Below are positions 27,112 to 36,322 of a stretch of 51,556 nt of DNA, piece by piece (position 1 is the first letter of the stretch; the number at the start of each line of letters is the position of its first letter). The translations under genes and the position numbers were made by a program. Source of the stretch: a virus (lineage: Duplodnaviria > Caudoviricetes); IMG/VR virus record IMGVR_UViG_3300017766_001463, positions 1 through 51,556 of that record; one strand, given 5' to 3'. The notes beneath the pieces are model-generated. The model made no database searches. It was not told where the DNA came from and saw only the letters and a list, made by a program, of their open reading frames with translations.

Positions 27112-30046
27112 TGGCGTTGGCCGTCAGCTTGATCGTTGTGACCCGCATTGGTGGCCCCTCCGTTTTAGATAGCATATCCTTTTTCGTCCCCGGATAGACC
27201 GTAAACCACTGGCCAATTTCGGTTTTGAAAGCCGTGTAGCTAAAGCTCATGTTCGAGCAGAAGGCACGCAGCACCCTCTCCTCAATATAGAAGTCCACAC
27301 AGCCCGGCGATACGCCATGCTCCACCCGGCCCATAACCTCCGAGCGGGTGGTGCCCCTGCCAACGCTTGTGCCATCGGTGAACATCGCAGCAGGACCGGC
27401 CTTGTCGCCGTACTTGACCACGACGAACTTGCCCTGATACTCCTGAATGAAGTTGTTGAGCACGTCCTCGGCGGTGCGCTTGCCGCCCTTGATACAGGCA
27501 CGCTGGTGGTCGATCTGGCGGCGGTACGCCTCAATGATCTCGCGCACAGGAATGTTGCAGATGCCGGTGTACTTGTCGCTCAAGATGATGCACATGGCCA
27601 CAATACAACCAACGCCGGCCATCCAGTAACGCTCGTCATTGGGGGCCTTGTACTCGTCGTACATACGGCGCACACAGTCAGGCACCAGTTCTCGCAGCAG
27701 GTGGATGTTGTCCACAAAGAACTGCGACAGCACCTCGCCAGCTACGCCGTAGTTGTCGGCCAAAGACTTGATGGTCTCGATCTCGTCGTGTGACCACTCC
27801 AGCTTGACATCCATTGCGAACTCAATGAAGCGGCGCAGTTCACCCTCGGAGGAGTGCTTGCGCTCGCCAGTCATGTAGTCGATGGCAGGCTTGTTGGATG
27901 ACATCAAGGAGAACGATGCCCATGTGGACAGGTTCAGGCGCTCTTTGTTGGTGCCCGACTCCATCCGCTCCTTGCCCCGGCCCTCGCTCATGCTGAACAA
28001 GAAAGCAGGGAACCACTCGAAGTCCTTGCGGTTGTTGGTGGTGATCTCGTCTGTAATCATCGGCAAGCTGCGCAGGTGACCAAGGCGCTGCTGCATTGCC
28101 ACGGGAGAAGTACCTGCACCCGTGCGGTAGTGTTGGGGGTGACCCCAGATGGAGGCGGCTGTATCCAGCGACAGCGACTTACCTGTGCCTGACTCGCTTG
28201 ACGCAACGTGCACAGTCATACCGAACAGGCCAGTGAACTTCATCAAAGGAGACGCAGCGCCTGCCACCACGACAGCCAACTGATCCCACATCCGGCGGCG
28301 CACCATCATGTCGATGACCTTGCGCCAGTTCTCAAGCGTACCTTTTGGTTTTGTGGAAGCCACGATGTTTTGCAGCTCGATCAAAGGCACGGCCACTGGC
28401 TTGCGGCCAGCACTGTACACACGGCTTGCAAACACAAAGGTGTCGTCGTCCTGCCAGCCGTAGCTTGACGGCAGCTTAACCGGGTCCTTCTCATTACTGA
28501 GCTTCTCAACGCTGGCGCGGATGTACTCAAAGAAGTTCTTGTCGTTACCCGAGCCGAACGATGCCATGACGTTCTGGCTTGACAGCGCCTTGATCGTGTC
28601 GTCCTTGCTGGCCATCGCCTTTTGGGGCAGCACGATGTCGTGCATCTGGCGGTTGCGGATGACGCAGAAGTGAACCTCGTGCATGCCGTTGTTGTTCAGA
28701 ATATCCACCGGGAAGATCGTGTTGGCGCACAGCAAGAGCAGCTTCTTCGTCTCGTTGCCGTCAGCGTCTTGGTCAACCTTCTCCAAGAACACGCCGCCGT
28801 TGCGGCCATAAGCGTAGCCCCGTGGTGGTTCGGGTTGGGCGAACTCGATAGTATCGGCTTCGGAATCTGTGTCGCCGGGCACAGCAATCTCCACCGTGGT
28901 TTCTTCCCTGACGACTGCCATGTCACGCCCGAAGATCAGCGGGTTTGTAATCTTGCCCCAGTGTTGGCAACCACGGCAGATACCGGGCTGGGCATCGTCC
29001 ATCGCCGCGCATGAGTAAGGCCCCTTGATCTCGGCCAGCTTCTTGTGCATGCGCTCTTCATCGTAGGGGTGCAGCTTACTGAGCCACGCGCTTGCCCGGT
29101 CGCCGTCATCACAGACCTTGGACCAACTGAGCATCCCACGCCAGATCGGCTCCATGCCGTCATCAGATGCGTTCTCGATGTAGTTCTGGAGCTGGGCGCA
29201 GCCTGTGCCTGCGCGAGTTTTTGCGTAGATGTTTTTGAAAAGCGTTAGGCTGTTTTGCGTAAGCGCTTTGGAAACAGAAGAGGTACTGACACTGGTCGGC
29301 CTCTGCCCCGGCAGGGACAAAGAAGATGCGGGAGGCTTGGCAAAGTTCTTGTCGATACCGTTGGCAATCAACACCGCCTCGATGTCGTCCACGTTGAACC
29401 GGTCGCCCTCGGACATACCGCGCACACGGGTGGCAGCACGCACTGGCTTGCCGTTCTTAATCCCGGTGTTGGTTGTGTCAGGCACACGCAAGACACGCGA
29501 TGCGTCGCTGGTGATGGCGTTGTCGATGTCAAGGTTGAACTTGTGGCACAGCTCTTTGAAGCGCTTGGCCAGCGGATACCAGTCCTGCTTGAACAACAGC
29601 TCGTTCAATGGCCAGTAGGCGTGGATACCACCGCCAGAGTGCACCACCCACGGGTCACCCAGAGCGGACAGCCCGGTGTCTTCACAAAACTTTTGAAGCG
29701 CTATCGCCGCAGCTTTGGCGCTCGGATATGCCTTGGGCTTGACCACCATCTCGCCTGTCTCTTCGTCCAGCATGGACGGCAGGTCTTTGGGGTGGTTGCA
29801 GTCGATGTCCACAGCCAGCACCTGACTGGCGTGCATGTTGTCTTTCGTGCGGTCTTTGTTGGTGCCGAACGTGCCAAGCGCGAAATATGTATCAAGTCCT
29901 TTTTCCGCCCACTTCTCAACGGTGGGCATGATCTCCTCAAGCGTCTGTCCAAAGACGTGTTCTTTTTTATTTGAAAGCTCAACCGCGCAGTAATAGCCAT
30001 TACCCGGCGACGGAAGAACAGCCGCTAACAAATCGAGCGGGGTCAT
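27062..30046 (-). CDS. Primase-helicase (AEP/RepB-like primase + DUF927-like + P-loop helicase)
   Basis: 994 aa; VDID, SGGGIHAYW, DASRVLRVP; C..C.HWGKITNP; Walker A SGTGKS, Walker B ITDE. Confidence 0.88.
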   Translation of the reverse strand: MTPLDLLAAVLPSPGNGYYCAVELSNKKEHVFGQTLEEIMPTVEKWAEKGLDTYFALGTFGTNKDRTKDNMHASQVLAVDIDCNHPKDLPSMLDEETGEMVVKPKAYPSAKAAAIALQKFCEDTGLSALGDPWVVHSGGGIHAYWPLNELLFKQDWYPLAKRFKELCHKFNLDIDNAITSDASRVLRVPDTTNTGIKNGKPVRAATRVRGMSEGDRFNVDDIEAVLIANGIDKNFAKPPASSLSLPGQRPTSVSTSSVSKALTQNSLTLFKNIYAKTRAGTGCAQLQNYIENASDDGMEPIWRGMLSWSKVCDDGDRASAWLSKLHPYDEERMHKKLAEIKGPYSCAAMDDAQPGICRGCQHWGKITNPLIFGRDMAVVREETTVEIAVPGDTDSEADTIEFAQPEPPRGYAYGRNGGVFLEKVDQDADGNETKKLLLLCANTIFPVDILNNNGMHEVHFCVIRNRQMHDIVLPQKAMASKDDTIKALSSQNVMASFGSGNDKNFFEYIRASVEKLSNEKDPVKLPSSYGWQDDDTFVFASRVYSAGRKPVAVPLIELQNIVASTKPKGTLENWRKVIDMMVRRRMWDQLAVVVAGAASPLMKFTGLFGMTVHVASSESGTGKSLSLDTAASIWGHPQHYRTGAGTSPVAMQQRLGHLRSLPMITDEITTNNRKDFEWFPAFLFSMSEGRGKERMESGTNKERLNLSTWASFSLMSSNKPAIDYMTGERKHSSEGELRRFIEFAMDVKLEWSHDEIETIKSLADNYGVAGEVLSQFFVDNIHLLRELVPDCVRRMYDEYKAPNDERYWMAGVGCIVAMCIILSDKYTGICNIPVREIIEAYRRQIDHQRACIKGGKRTAEDVLNNFIQEYQGKFVVVKYGDKAGPAAMFTDGTSVGRGTTRSEVMGRVEHGVSPGCVDFYIEERVLRAFCSNMSFSYTAFKTEIGQWFTVYPGTKKDMLSKTEGPPMRVTTIKLTANANAIDDDILKNVSVGPD

Positions 30047-30067
30047 GGAAGTCCTTCAGTGAATGGG

Positions 30068-30253
30068 TTACAGCGGCAGTTCGAGTTGGCGGGGGTCAGC
30101 GCCCATATCAATAAGCCCCTGTGCAATGTCCAGCGTTTCGATAAGGCGGTCGTGCAGCTCCTGTACGTACTGCACGGGCACGTTGTAGTTCATGGCATAA
30201 ACATGGCGCAGCAGCTCGTCTGTTGTCAGGGTTCTAAGTTCAGTTCTGTGCAT
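30068..30253 (-). CDS. Hypothetical protein
   Basis: 61 aa from ATG 30253 with GGAG SD; ends QLELPL, resembling a clamp-binding peptide. Confidence 0.6.
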   Translation of the reverse strand: MHRTELRTLTTDELLRHVYAMNYNVPVQYVQELHDRLIETLDIAQGLIDMGADPRQLELPL

Positions 30254-30504
30254 ATCCTGCTCCATGCGGCATCCGCGTTTGGTGATGATTTCAAAATTTC
30301 CAGCATCCACTCAGCCCGGTCACGATAGGCCGGGAAGATTTCTTTGCCGAAAAACCAGTTGTAAACGGTCTGACGAGTTACCCCGAGAGCCCGTGATATT
30401 CGCACGACCGAGAAGTCGTGGTGTATAGCCCACCGCCCAAGCTGGGTGCCCAGCGATTTGGGGGTAGCGGCTACCTTGTTGATGATGTCTTGTGAGTAGG
30501 GCAT
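30226..30504 (-). CDS. HTH (Cro/XRE-like) transcriptional regulator
   Basis: 92 aa; VVRISRALGVTRQTVYNWFFG helix-turn-helix; TAATG coupling to upstream gene. Confidence 0.8.
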   Translation of the reverse strand: MPYSQDIINKVAATPKSLGTQLGRWAIHHDFSVVRISRALGVTRQTVYNWFFGKEIFPAYRDRAEWMLEILKSSPNADAAWSRICTELNLEP

Positions 30505-30737
30505 TATTTTGCTCGTGGTTGAGCCACGGTGTTGCACATGATGGCATCGGCGTGGGCGCTGCCAGAGCCACCGACACCCAAAGCACACGACACGACAAGC
30601 GGGTCGGCTCCATCTGCCACAGCCTTGCTCCACTTTTCTTTTGTCATATGTGAACCGTACGTGCATGAGCCGATACCTGCGATAAAAACCGCAGCAACCA
30701 AAGCCCAAATACGAAACCAAAAACGATACTCTTCCAT
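30504..30737 (-). CDS. Small membrane protein
   Basis: 77 aa, N-terminal TM; AAGGAG SD supplied by repeat element. Confidence 0.65.
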   Translation of the reverse strand: MEEYRFWFRIWALVAAVFIAGIGSCTYGSHMTKEKWSKAVADGADPLVVSCALGVGGSGSAHADAIMCNTVAQPRAK

Positions 30738-30741
30738 GTCT

Positions 30742-30844
30742 TTCTCCTTGTAAGGTGGGGCCTACTCGCTGCGTCTGACCTCATTTACCAATACACATCT
30801 TTCGGTGCATAGCGATAGTCAGCATCCGCTTTCGGCCCCGATTT
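30742..30844 (-). ncRNA. Structured intergenic RNA-like element, copy A
   Basis: GGGGCC-GAAAGCGGAUGCUG..(variable)..GCAGCGAGUA-GGCCCC stem; 31-nt and 25-nt blocks identical to copy B. Confidence 0.65.
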
Positions 30845-31138
30845 TTATTTCTTGGCCTTGCTCTCAGGGAACAGCTCGCCCAGCACACGCTCGTACTGTT
30901 GCTTGCGTCGCTCCAGCAAGGCTACCTTGTCCAGCTTGTCCAGCAGGTTGGGGAAGTTGATCTCTTCCTTGGCGCACTGTTCTTGGATGTCAGCCTCAAG
31001 GCGAATCAGCTCGTCGTCCAGCTTGGCCATCTCCAGCTCGGCCTGTGACTTTACCTTGCGTGCACGGATGGGCGCAAGGGACTCTGCCAATTTTTCTTTG
31101 GACAGGGCGATAATTTCTGCGAAGGGTTTGAGTTTCAT
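30845..31138 (-). CDS. Coiled-coil hypothetical protein
   Basis: 97 aa, GGAG SD; lies between the two repeat elements. Confidence 0.7.
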   Translation of the reverse strand: MKLKPFAEIIALSKEKLAESLAPIRARKVKSQAELEMAKLDDELIRLEADIQEQCAKEEINFPNLLDKLDKVALLERRKQQYERVLGELFPESKAKK

Positions 31139-31422
31139 TGCGTTTCTCCAGTTAATAAAATTTTGTTGTCAGTGTTTTGTAAGAAGGCCAGTGGGTCCTT
31201 TGCGTCGCCAACGAACTGCAAGGTTCCGACTGTCGCCCCTGTACCGCTCGCGCTGATGACGTACGGGTTGTGGCCCATTTGTTGTTGCGCCAACATCTGC
31301 TGTTTGCGAATCATTTCTTCCTGATGTCGCCTGTACTCCCGCTCTTGGTCGCGGTAATAGTCGCTGCCCACGTACATGTCGCGGTTTGCGTCGTAGAACA
31401 TACCGGCTTGTCCGATTGCCAT
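31135..31422 (-). CDS. Hypothetical protein
   Basis: 95 aa; SD within repeat copy B. Confidence 0.7.
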   Translation of the reverse strand: MAIGQAGMFYDANRDMYVGSDYYRDQEREYRRHQEEMIRKQQMLAQQQMGHNPYVISASGTGATVGTLQFVGDAKDPLAFLQNTDNKILLTGETQ

Positions 31423-31426
31423 TGCG

Positions 31427-31522
31427 TTCTCCTTGTAAGGTGGGGCCTACTCGCTGCACTGCGTCCATGGATACCCGGATGGGTGGGTTACTTTGCGCAG
31501 CATCCGCTTTCGGCCCCGATTT
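31427..31522 (-). ncRNA. Structured intergenic RNA-like element, copy B
   Basis: Same invariant stem as copy A; inner pairing covaries (CUGCG/CGCAG vs CUGAC/GUCAG); unrelated apex. Confidence 0.65.
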
Positions 31523-31524
31523 AA

Positions 31525-32499
31525 TTACTCGTCATCCCAGTCAGACACGATGTCAGCGAGCTTGGACTTCTTGGCAGGCACGGCTGTCGCCTTGGCTGTC
31601 TCCTTGCGCACTTCTGGCTCGTCGTCCACGTCAGCTGCTGGCTTGGTCTTGGGGGCCTTCGCCTTGGGAGCTGGGGCTTCTTCCTCTTCGTCCTCAACCG
31701 CTGGCACAGGTGCGGGCTTGGCTGCTGCTTTGGGGGCAGCGCCGGGGATGGCCATCGGTGCAGCTTTCACGCCGTCGGCTTGCGCCACAGTCAGCGTCAC
31801 AGCTTTCTTGGCATCGTCAGACTCGCTCTGCGCGACAACAGCAGGGTACTCGTCATCAGTCAACCAACGCACAGGTTGGAAGAACAGCTTTGGAGACTCA
31901 GCCTTGGTGTCGAACTTCATGCGGGTGACAATCTGCTCGGGGTTAACAGGAGGGTTCTGCGCAGCAATGAAGCGTGCGTAGGCTTGCAGGGGGCGCTTGT
32001 CGCCGTCCTCTTTACCGAAGATGCTCGTAGCTGGCAGAGTCAACTGCAACACATCACCTTCAAGGTCGTTGGCCAGCACAACAGCAAGGCGCTGCTGGAA
32101 GCGGCAAGCACGGCTATTGCCCATGCCTGACCCAGCTTCGTTCTGTGGGCAACCCATACAGGTTTTGTTTTGTGGGGACTCGATGCTGGCATCTGGCTTC
32201 TCGCCGTCGTTGCTCCAGCACTCAGGGCGCACAATCTTGTCAGCGTCATATGCGCCAGCGTAGAAGATGCGGCTGACCTTGGGGGCAGCGCGGACAATCA
32301 CCACATCCAGATGGCGGTCTTCGATCGAGGTGATCTCCTTGCCACCGGCCACCAGACGGAACACGCCGCCTTTGATGGAGATGCGCTTGGTCGAAACACC
32401 AGCGCCACCGCCCGTCAGGGCTTTGGCTGTGTCAGACAGCTCGTTGTTACGGGCAAATGCGGGGACATTGGACGAATTGAAAAGCGTGATATTGCTCAT
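31525..32499 (-). CDS. Putative single-stranded DNA-binding protein
   Basis: 324 aa from ATG 32499; RISIKGGVFR, CWSNDG..PD, C..CP.N..GSG; P/A linker and acidic WDDE tail; replication context. Confidence 0.65.
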   Translation of the reverse strand: MSNITLFNSSNVPAFARNNELSDTAKALTGGGAGVSTKRISIKGGVFRLVAGGKEITSIEDRHLDVVIVRAAPKVSRIFYAGAYDADKIVRPECWSNDGEKPDASIESPQNKTCMGCPQNEAGSGMGNSRACRFQQRLAVVLANDLEGDVLQLTLPATSIFGKEDGDKRPLQAYARFIAAQNPPVNPEQIVTRMKFDTKAESPKLFFQPVRWLTDDEYPAVVAQSESDDAKKAVTLTVAQADGVKAAPMAIPGAAPKAAAKPAPVPAVEDEEEEAPAPKAKAPKTKPAADVDDEPEVRKETAKATAVPAKKSKLADIVSDWDDE

Positions 32500-32512
32500 G
32501 ATTGCGTTACTT

Positions 32513-32737
32513 TCAGAACGTAGTTGGTTTTGCGATGGCACGGGTAAGGGCCATGAAGCCCTTTTGCAAGTCGGTTGTGCCGATGGCGAGCCAGCGCTGG
32601 TCTGTCTCCTCCATTTGTCCGATCTTGTTCACGATGTCGCCCACTTGAGCAGCGATTTCTTTTACGCCGTTCATGCAAGCGATCTCATGTTCGTTGAGTT
32701 CTCTGTAGCCTTTGATTTCTCGGTGTTGGTTTTCCAT
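32513..32737 (-). CDS. acb2: Anti-CBASS Acb2-like cyclic oligonucleotide sponge
   Basis: M.NQH..IKGYR.L...EI..MN.VKE (Y11, K26) and RWLAIG.TD.Q.G.MA..RAIA.P..F match the Acb2 family as recalled. Confidence 0.85.
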   Translation of the reverse strand: MENQHREIKGYRELNEHEIACMNGVKEIAAQVGDIVNKIGQMEETDQRWLAIGTTDLQKGFMALTRAIAKPTTF

Positions 32738-32747
32738 GTGCTTCTCC

Positions 32748-33173
32748 TTACTTTCTTGCTTTGGTTACACGAATGTCGAACCCAGTGACTGAGTTCAGTC
32801 CCGGTGGAACAACACCGGGGTTCTCTTCCAGAAACTGTGCCATGTTGGTTTGGGCGATGCGCTTTTCCAGCAGGTCAACGACTTGGTGCTCAAGCACGAA
32901 TGCTTTGAACGAGTCCCAGTCCTGCGTGTTGTAGCGCGTCGTCTTCGACAACGACACTGTTCCGAAGGAGGTCTTGACCGACTCAAGCCCGAGAGCCTTC
33001 ATCTGGTCTTTGATGGCGAGGCGCACTTCCGTGCGGGCCTCTTCAAGCTCGGCAAGTTCAGCGTCGAGCTTCTCTTGCTTGGCCTTGATCTTTGCGTGGA
33101 TGGCGACCAGCTTGTCCAGCGGGATCGCTTCGTCGGCGGGCGCTACGCCCACCTCTTCGAGGTCTTCAGTCAT
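32748..33173 (-). CDS. Conserved replication-region protein
   Basis: 141 aa from ATG 33173; coiled coil, SVKT..GTV, DWDSF..F, LLEKRI.Q..PPG. Confidence 0.7.
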   Translation of the reverse strand: MTEDLEEVGVAPADEAIPLDKLVAIHAKIKAKQEKLDAELAELEEARTEVRLAIKDQMKALGLESVKTSFGTVSLSKTTRYNTQDWDSFKAFVLEHQVVDLLEKRIAQTNMAQFLEENPGVVPPGLNSVTGFDIRVTKARK

Positions 33174-33193
33174 TTGCTTTCTCCTAATGTTTT

Positions 33194-33236
33194 TGTCTAG
33201 CGTTGGACAGTTTACATGGTTTTTATCTTGGTGCAA
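33194..33236 (-). promoter_or_regulatory. sigma70-like promoter with overlapping operator
   Basis: TTGCAC-N16-TAAACT on -; palindrome TGTCTAgCGTTgGACA at 33194-33209. Confidence 0.5.
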
Positions 33237-33243
33237 CCCCCTT

Positions 33244-34803
33244 TCAAGAATTTATTTCAAGCGTGAACATCTCGGTCAAAAGTGTGCTGTCACTAACTTT
33301 TGCCTCGAGCGCCTTGAACATCTTCTTCTCCACAGGGGAGCCTTGGATGTGGATAACTGTCACCTTGTCGGAGTTCTGTCCCTTGCGGTCAGCTCGGGCA
33401 ATACACTGGATGTACTGCTCAACGCTCATCAGTGGACCGTAGAACACCACGGTGTCAGCAGCCGTTAAGGTAATACCGTGGGCAGTCGCTTGCGGCTGCA
33501 TGACCAGAATCTTCGGGTCCGGGTTTGTTTGGAACCTGTGGATAATGTCGGCCCGTTTGGTCGCAGTCACGCCGCCGTGGATGCACTCGTTGGAGATGCC
33601 TTTGCTGGTCAGGTGTTTCTGGATTGTCTCGATGGATGCGCGGAACAACGCGAACACGATCACCTTGCGGCTCGTCTCCTCCAGCACCTCCTCCAACACG
33701 CCAAGCCTTGGCGCAGCGTCGAACTCCACCACCTCCTTCGTATCAGTCAGCGCAGCACCGCACGACACCTGAAGCAGCTTACTCAGCATAGCAGCGGCAT
33801 TGACCGCTGTGATGACTTCTCCTGCGGCTTGCACCAGCATCTGGTCTTTGAGCAGGTTGTAGTACTTGGCTTGCTGCGGTGTCAGCGGAACCTCTCGCGT
33901 CATGGTGATGACTGGTGGCAAGTCGAGGCATTGGTCTTTGGAGAACCGGATCGCGGGTTGCAGTGCGTTGAACACTTTCTCCTTGGAGTCCTTGGATGGT
34001 GCCCACTTGTACATGGTGACCTTGTGCATCACCGCATCACGCCAACCCGTGAAGAACATCGGCACGTTGTCAGGGTTGACCAACTTGGCCAAGCCGTACG
34101 CATCAGCAGGGGACTGCGATGCTGGAGTACCTGTCATCATCCACAGGTGCGACGATGGTGTCATGATGGACTTTAGCGTCTTCCAACGCTTGGTGGTCAC
34201 GGTCTTGTAGGCGTTGGCCTCATCGACAATCACCAGATCAAAGCGGCCATCGTTCTTGATCTCGTCTGCAATCAAGTTCAACCCGTCGTAGTTGCAGATC
34301 ACGAACTCGTAGTCCTGCTGAATCATCTCGATACGGCGCGATGCCTTGGCATGGTGCGCCACGATTGCTGATCTGTGGATGATGGAGTTGTTCAAGTCAC
34401 TGAGCCATGCCGAGTGCATGATCGACAGTGGGCACAAGATAAGCACACGCCGCACAAAGCCAAGCGTCATCAAGTAGTCAGCAGCCCACAGCGCAGCAAG
34501 GGTCTTGCCAGTACCGGGGTCGTTGAAACAAAACGCACGCTTGTGCATCGTGAGGAACGATGCAGTTTCGACTTGGTGCTGCATCGGCTTGTATCGACCG
34601 GGCCACTTGTATCGGCGTGTGATCGGTGACTGAATCTCTTTCACGCCGAGGTTCTTCAGAACACGCGCTTCGTCCAAGCCCCAGTACACAGCAACATCGT
34701 AGCCGCCATCATCACGCTCGATGACTTTGTGCTTGGGGATGATCTTGTACTTCTCGGGGTTGCGCGTTCTGAAGACGACGGCTTTGTCGTCGATGATTTC
34801 CAT
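33244..34803 (-). CDS. SNF2-family (SF2) helicase
   Basis: 519 aa; PGTGKT, DEAN, MTGTP, GITLTAA, Q..ARADRKGQ. Confidence 0.92.
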   Translation of the reverse strand: MEIIDDKAVVFRTRNPEKYKIIPKHKVIERDDGGYDVAVYWGLDEARVLKNLGVKEIQSPITRRYKWPGRYKPMQHQVETASFLTMHKRAFCFNDPGTGKTLAALWAADYLMTLGFVRRVLILCPLSIMHSAWLSDLNNSIIHRSAIVAHHAKASRRIEMIQQDYEFVICNYDGLNLIADEIKNDGRFDLVIVDEANAYKTVTTKRWKTLKSIMTPSSHLWMMTGTPASQSPADAYGLAKLVNPDNVPMFFTGWRDAVMHKVTMYKWAPSKDSKEKVFNALQPAIRFSKDQCLDLPPVITMTREVPLTPQQAKYYNLLKDQMLVQAAGEVITAVNAAAMLSKLLQVSCGAALTDTKEVVEFDAAPRLGVLEEVLEETSRKVIVFALFRASIETIQKHLTSKGISNECIHGGVTATKRADIIHRFQTNPDPKILVMQPQATAHGITLTAADTVVFYGPLMSVEQYIQCIARADRKGQNSDKVTVIHIQGSPVEKKMFKALEAKVSDSTLLTEMFTLEINS

Positions 34804-34973
34804 CAGTTGCTCCTCAGAACTGCCAGCTCGTCGAGATCGTACTCGCGGCTACCGTGTTCTTGTAGCATTTCAAATGCTCGCACCGCCTCGTCCTTATCCG
34901 CGTAGGCGTACGGTAGGATGCCACTCCCGGAGTTGTCATAAAAGCGCCAGCGAATAATGTAGACCTTGTTCAT
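34803..34973 (-). CDS. Small hypothetical protein
   Basis: 56 aa MNKVYIIRWRFYD...; AAGGAG SD; TGATG overlap with helicase; below ORF-track cutoff. Confidence 0.65.
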   Translation of the reverse strand: MNKVYIIRWRFYDNSGSGILPYAYADKDEAVRAFEMLQEHGSREYDLDELAVLRSN

Positions 34974-35082
34974 TTAACTTTCTCCTTGTAAGTACGGGCA
35001 TGTACCAAGTTCAGGTTGGTACAGCCAGCACAGTGTTTTGTTTTTTATATCAGCGCAGTCTTCATCGAAGTCTGCGCACCGC

Positions 35083-35316
35083 TCACTTGTCGGACATGTT
35101 TGCTTTTGGGCTTCGCAGTCGGGTGTTGCCCGGCGTTGACTTGCCTCCCGCACGCAAGGGCTTGATGTGGTCGATGTGCTTGCCTGCACGGTCCACGCCC
35201 TCTTTGTCGTACTTACGACGCGCTCGCTGGCGCTCGACTTGATCGGCTGTCTCGCCGGATTCTTTTTGCAGCTTGTAGGCATGCTTGTAATTCCTCTTAC
35301 CGTTTACTTGTGTCAT
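35083..35316 (-). CDS. Small HNH endonuclease
   Basis: IDHIKPL..GG....GN.R.....AN. Confidence 0.8.
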   Translation of the reverse strand: MTQVNGKRNYKHAYKLQKESGETADQVERQRARRKYDKEGVDRAGKHIDHIKPLRAGGKSTPGNTRLRSPKANMSDK

Positions 35317-35482
35317 GTTGTTGCTCCGATTGTTTAAGGTTCTTTAGTTTACGCAGGTACTTGTGAAACGCTGAGTACATGTCATTTTGCACTTTCGGTG
35401 TGGCGCAAGCCTCTGTGTCATGTACTGTCAGCGTCAGATGTTTTAAGTCCGGCGAGTGCCCAAACGTGAACTTATCTGACAT
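35297..35482 (-). CDS. Hypothetical protein
   Basis: 61 aa from ATG 35482, GAGG SD. Confidence 0.5.
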   Translation of the reverse strand: MSDKFTFGHSPDLKHLTLTVHDTEACATPKVQNDMYSAFHKYLRKLKNLKQSEQQHDTSKR

Positions 35483-35484
35483 CT

Positions 35485-36150
35485 TCAATCCCTCTTCTTG
35501 TTGAACTCGCACGTCTTGACGACGCACCAACCACATAGCGGTGTGGGTTTTGGATTCCACACACCGCTCTCATGCGCCTGTTCAATGCGGGCGACGCGTG
35601 CCCGATAATCCCACCAGTACTCCTCGGACTCACCGCGCAGGTAGCTGGCCTTTACCATGTCGTTCTTGACCACGAACAGCAAACCGCCGAGCACCTTGCG
35701 AATGTGCGGGAAGTGCACAAACACCATCAGCGCCATGAGCTTGAGCTGCTCCCGGTCCGGGTACTTGTTGTTGCCAGTTTTATAGTCAACAACGTACGCT
35801 GTCAAGTTCTCATCGTCGATGATGAGCAAGTCAGCAATACCGCGAACCCATACCTCTTTGTCCATGAATCCGCAAGGGCGCAGATCGGCTGTCACGCCCA
35901 TCTCATGCTCACACAACTTGCGACCGGGCTTGGCCTTAAGCGCTTCGAGCGTGTCCTTGACGAACTCAAACTGGGGAGGCAGCGGCTTGTCGTCCTTGAT
36001 GTAGAACTCAGCCGCCTCGTGTAGCTCCTTGCCGTACAGCGTTGCTTGCGTGTCAGTGAACGGGTAGTTCTTGAGCACCTTCACTTCGTTGTACCGCCGG
36101 GGACAGCCCTCGTAATCTTTGAGGGCAGAGTGTGACCATTTAACTGTCAT
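35485..36150 (-). CDS. PD-(D/E)XK (RecB/Cas4-like) exonuclease
   Basis: WSHS.L..Y..CP, RGIADL, VDYKTG, QL..MAL, C..C....C Fe-S staple. Confidence 0.9.
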   Translation of the reverse strand: MTVKWSHSALKDYEGCPRRYNEVKVLKNYPFTDTQATLYGKELHEAAEFYIKDDKPLPPQFEFVKDTLEALKAKPGRKLCEHEMGVTADLRPCGFMDKEVWVRGIADLLIIDDENLTAYVVDYKTGNNKYPDREQLKLMALMVFVHFPHIRKVLGGLLFVVKNDMVKASYLRGESEEYWWDYRARVARIEQAHESGVWNPKPTPLCGWCVVKTCEFNKKRD

Positions 36151-36322
36151 GTGGACCCTTTGTGTTTTGGGCGACCCACTTCAAATGTTCGCCCAGTTCG
36201 GTGTACTCCTCGATGGGTATTACCCGCGTTGAGAGCTGTATCTTCTCATCCATCTGCATAACCAGAACGCCCGTTCCGTAGATCATGGCGTTTTGCATCA
36301 GCTTGTCGAAGTCATCTTCCAT
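36140..36322 (-). CDS. Hypothetical protein
   Basis: 60 aa, overlaps both neighbours. Confidence 0.55.
   Translation of the reverse strand: MEDDFDKLMQNAMIYGTGVLVMQMDEKIQLSTRVIPIEEYTELGEHLKWVAQNTKGPHDS

Noticed and set aside
30742-31522. CRISPR mini-array, TIGR array or integron attC
   Set aside because: Only two copies ~580 nt apart, separated by genes; no RYYYAAC/GTTRRRY ends, box C/D units, integrase or cas genes
35485-36150. Cas4 as part of a CRISPR system
   Set aside because: Stand-alone phage PD-(D/E)XK exonuclease in a replication operon; no array or other cas genes
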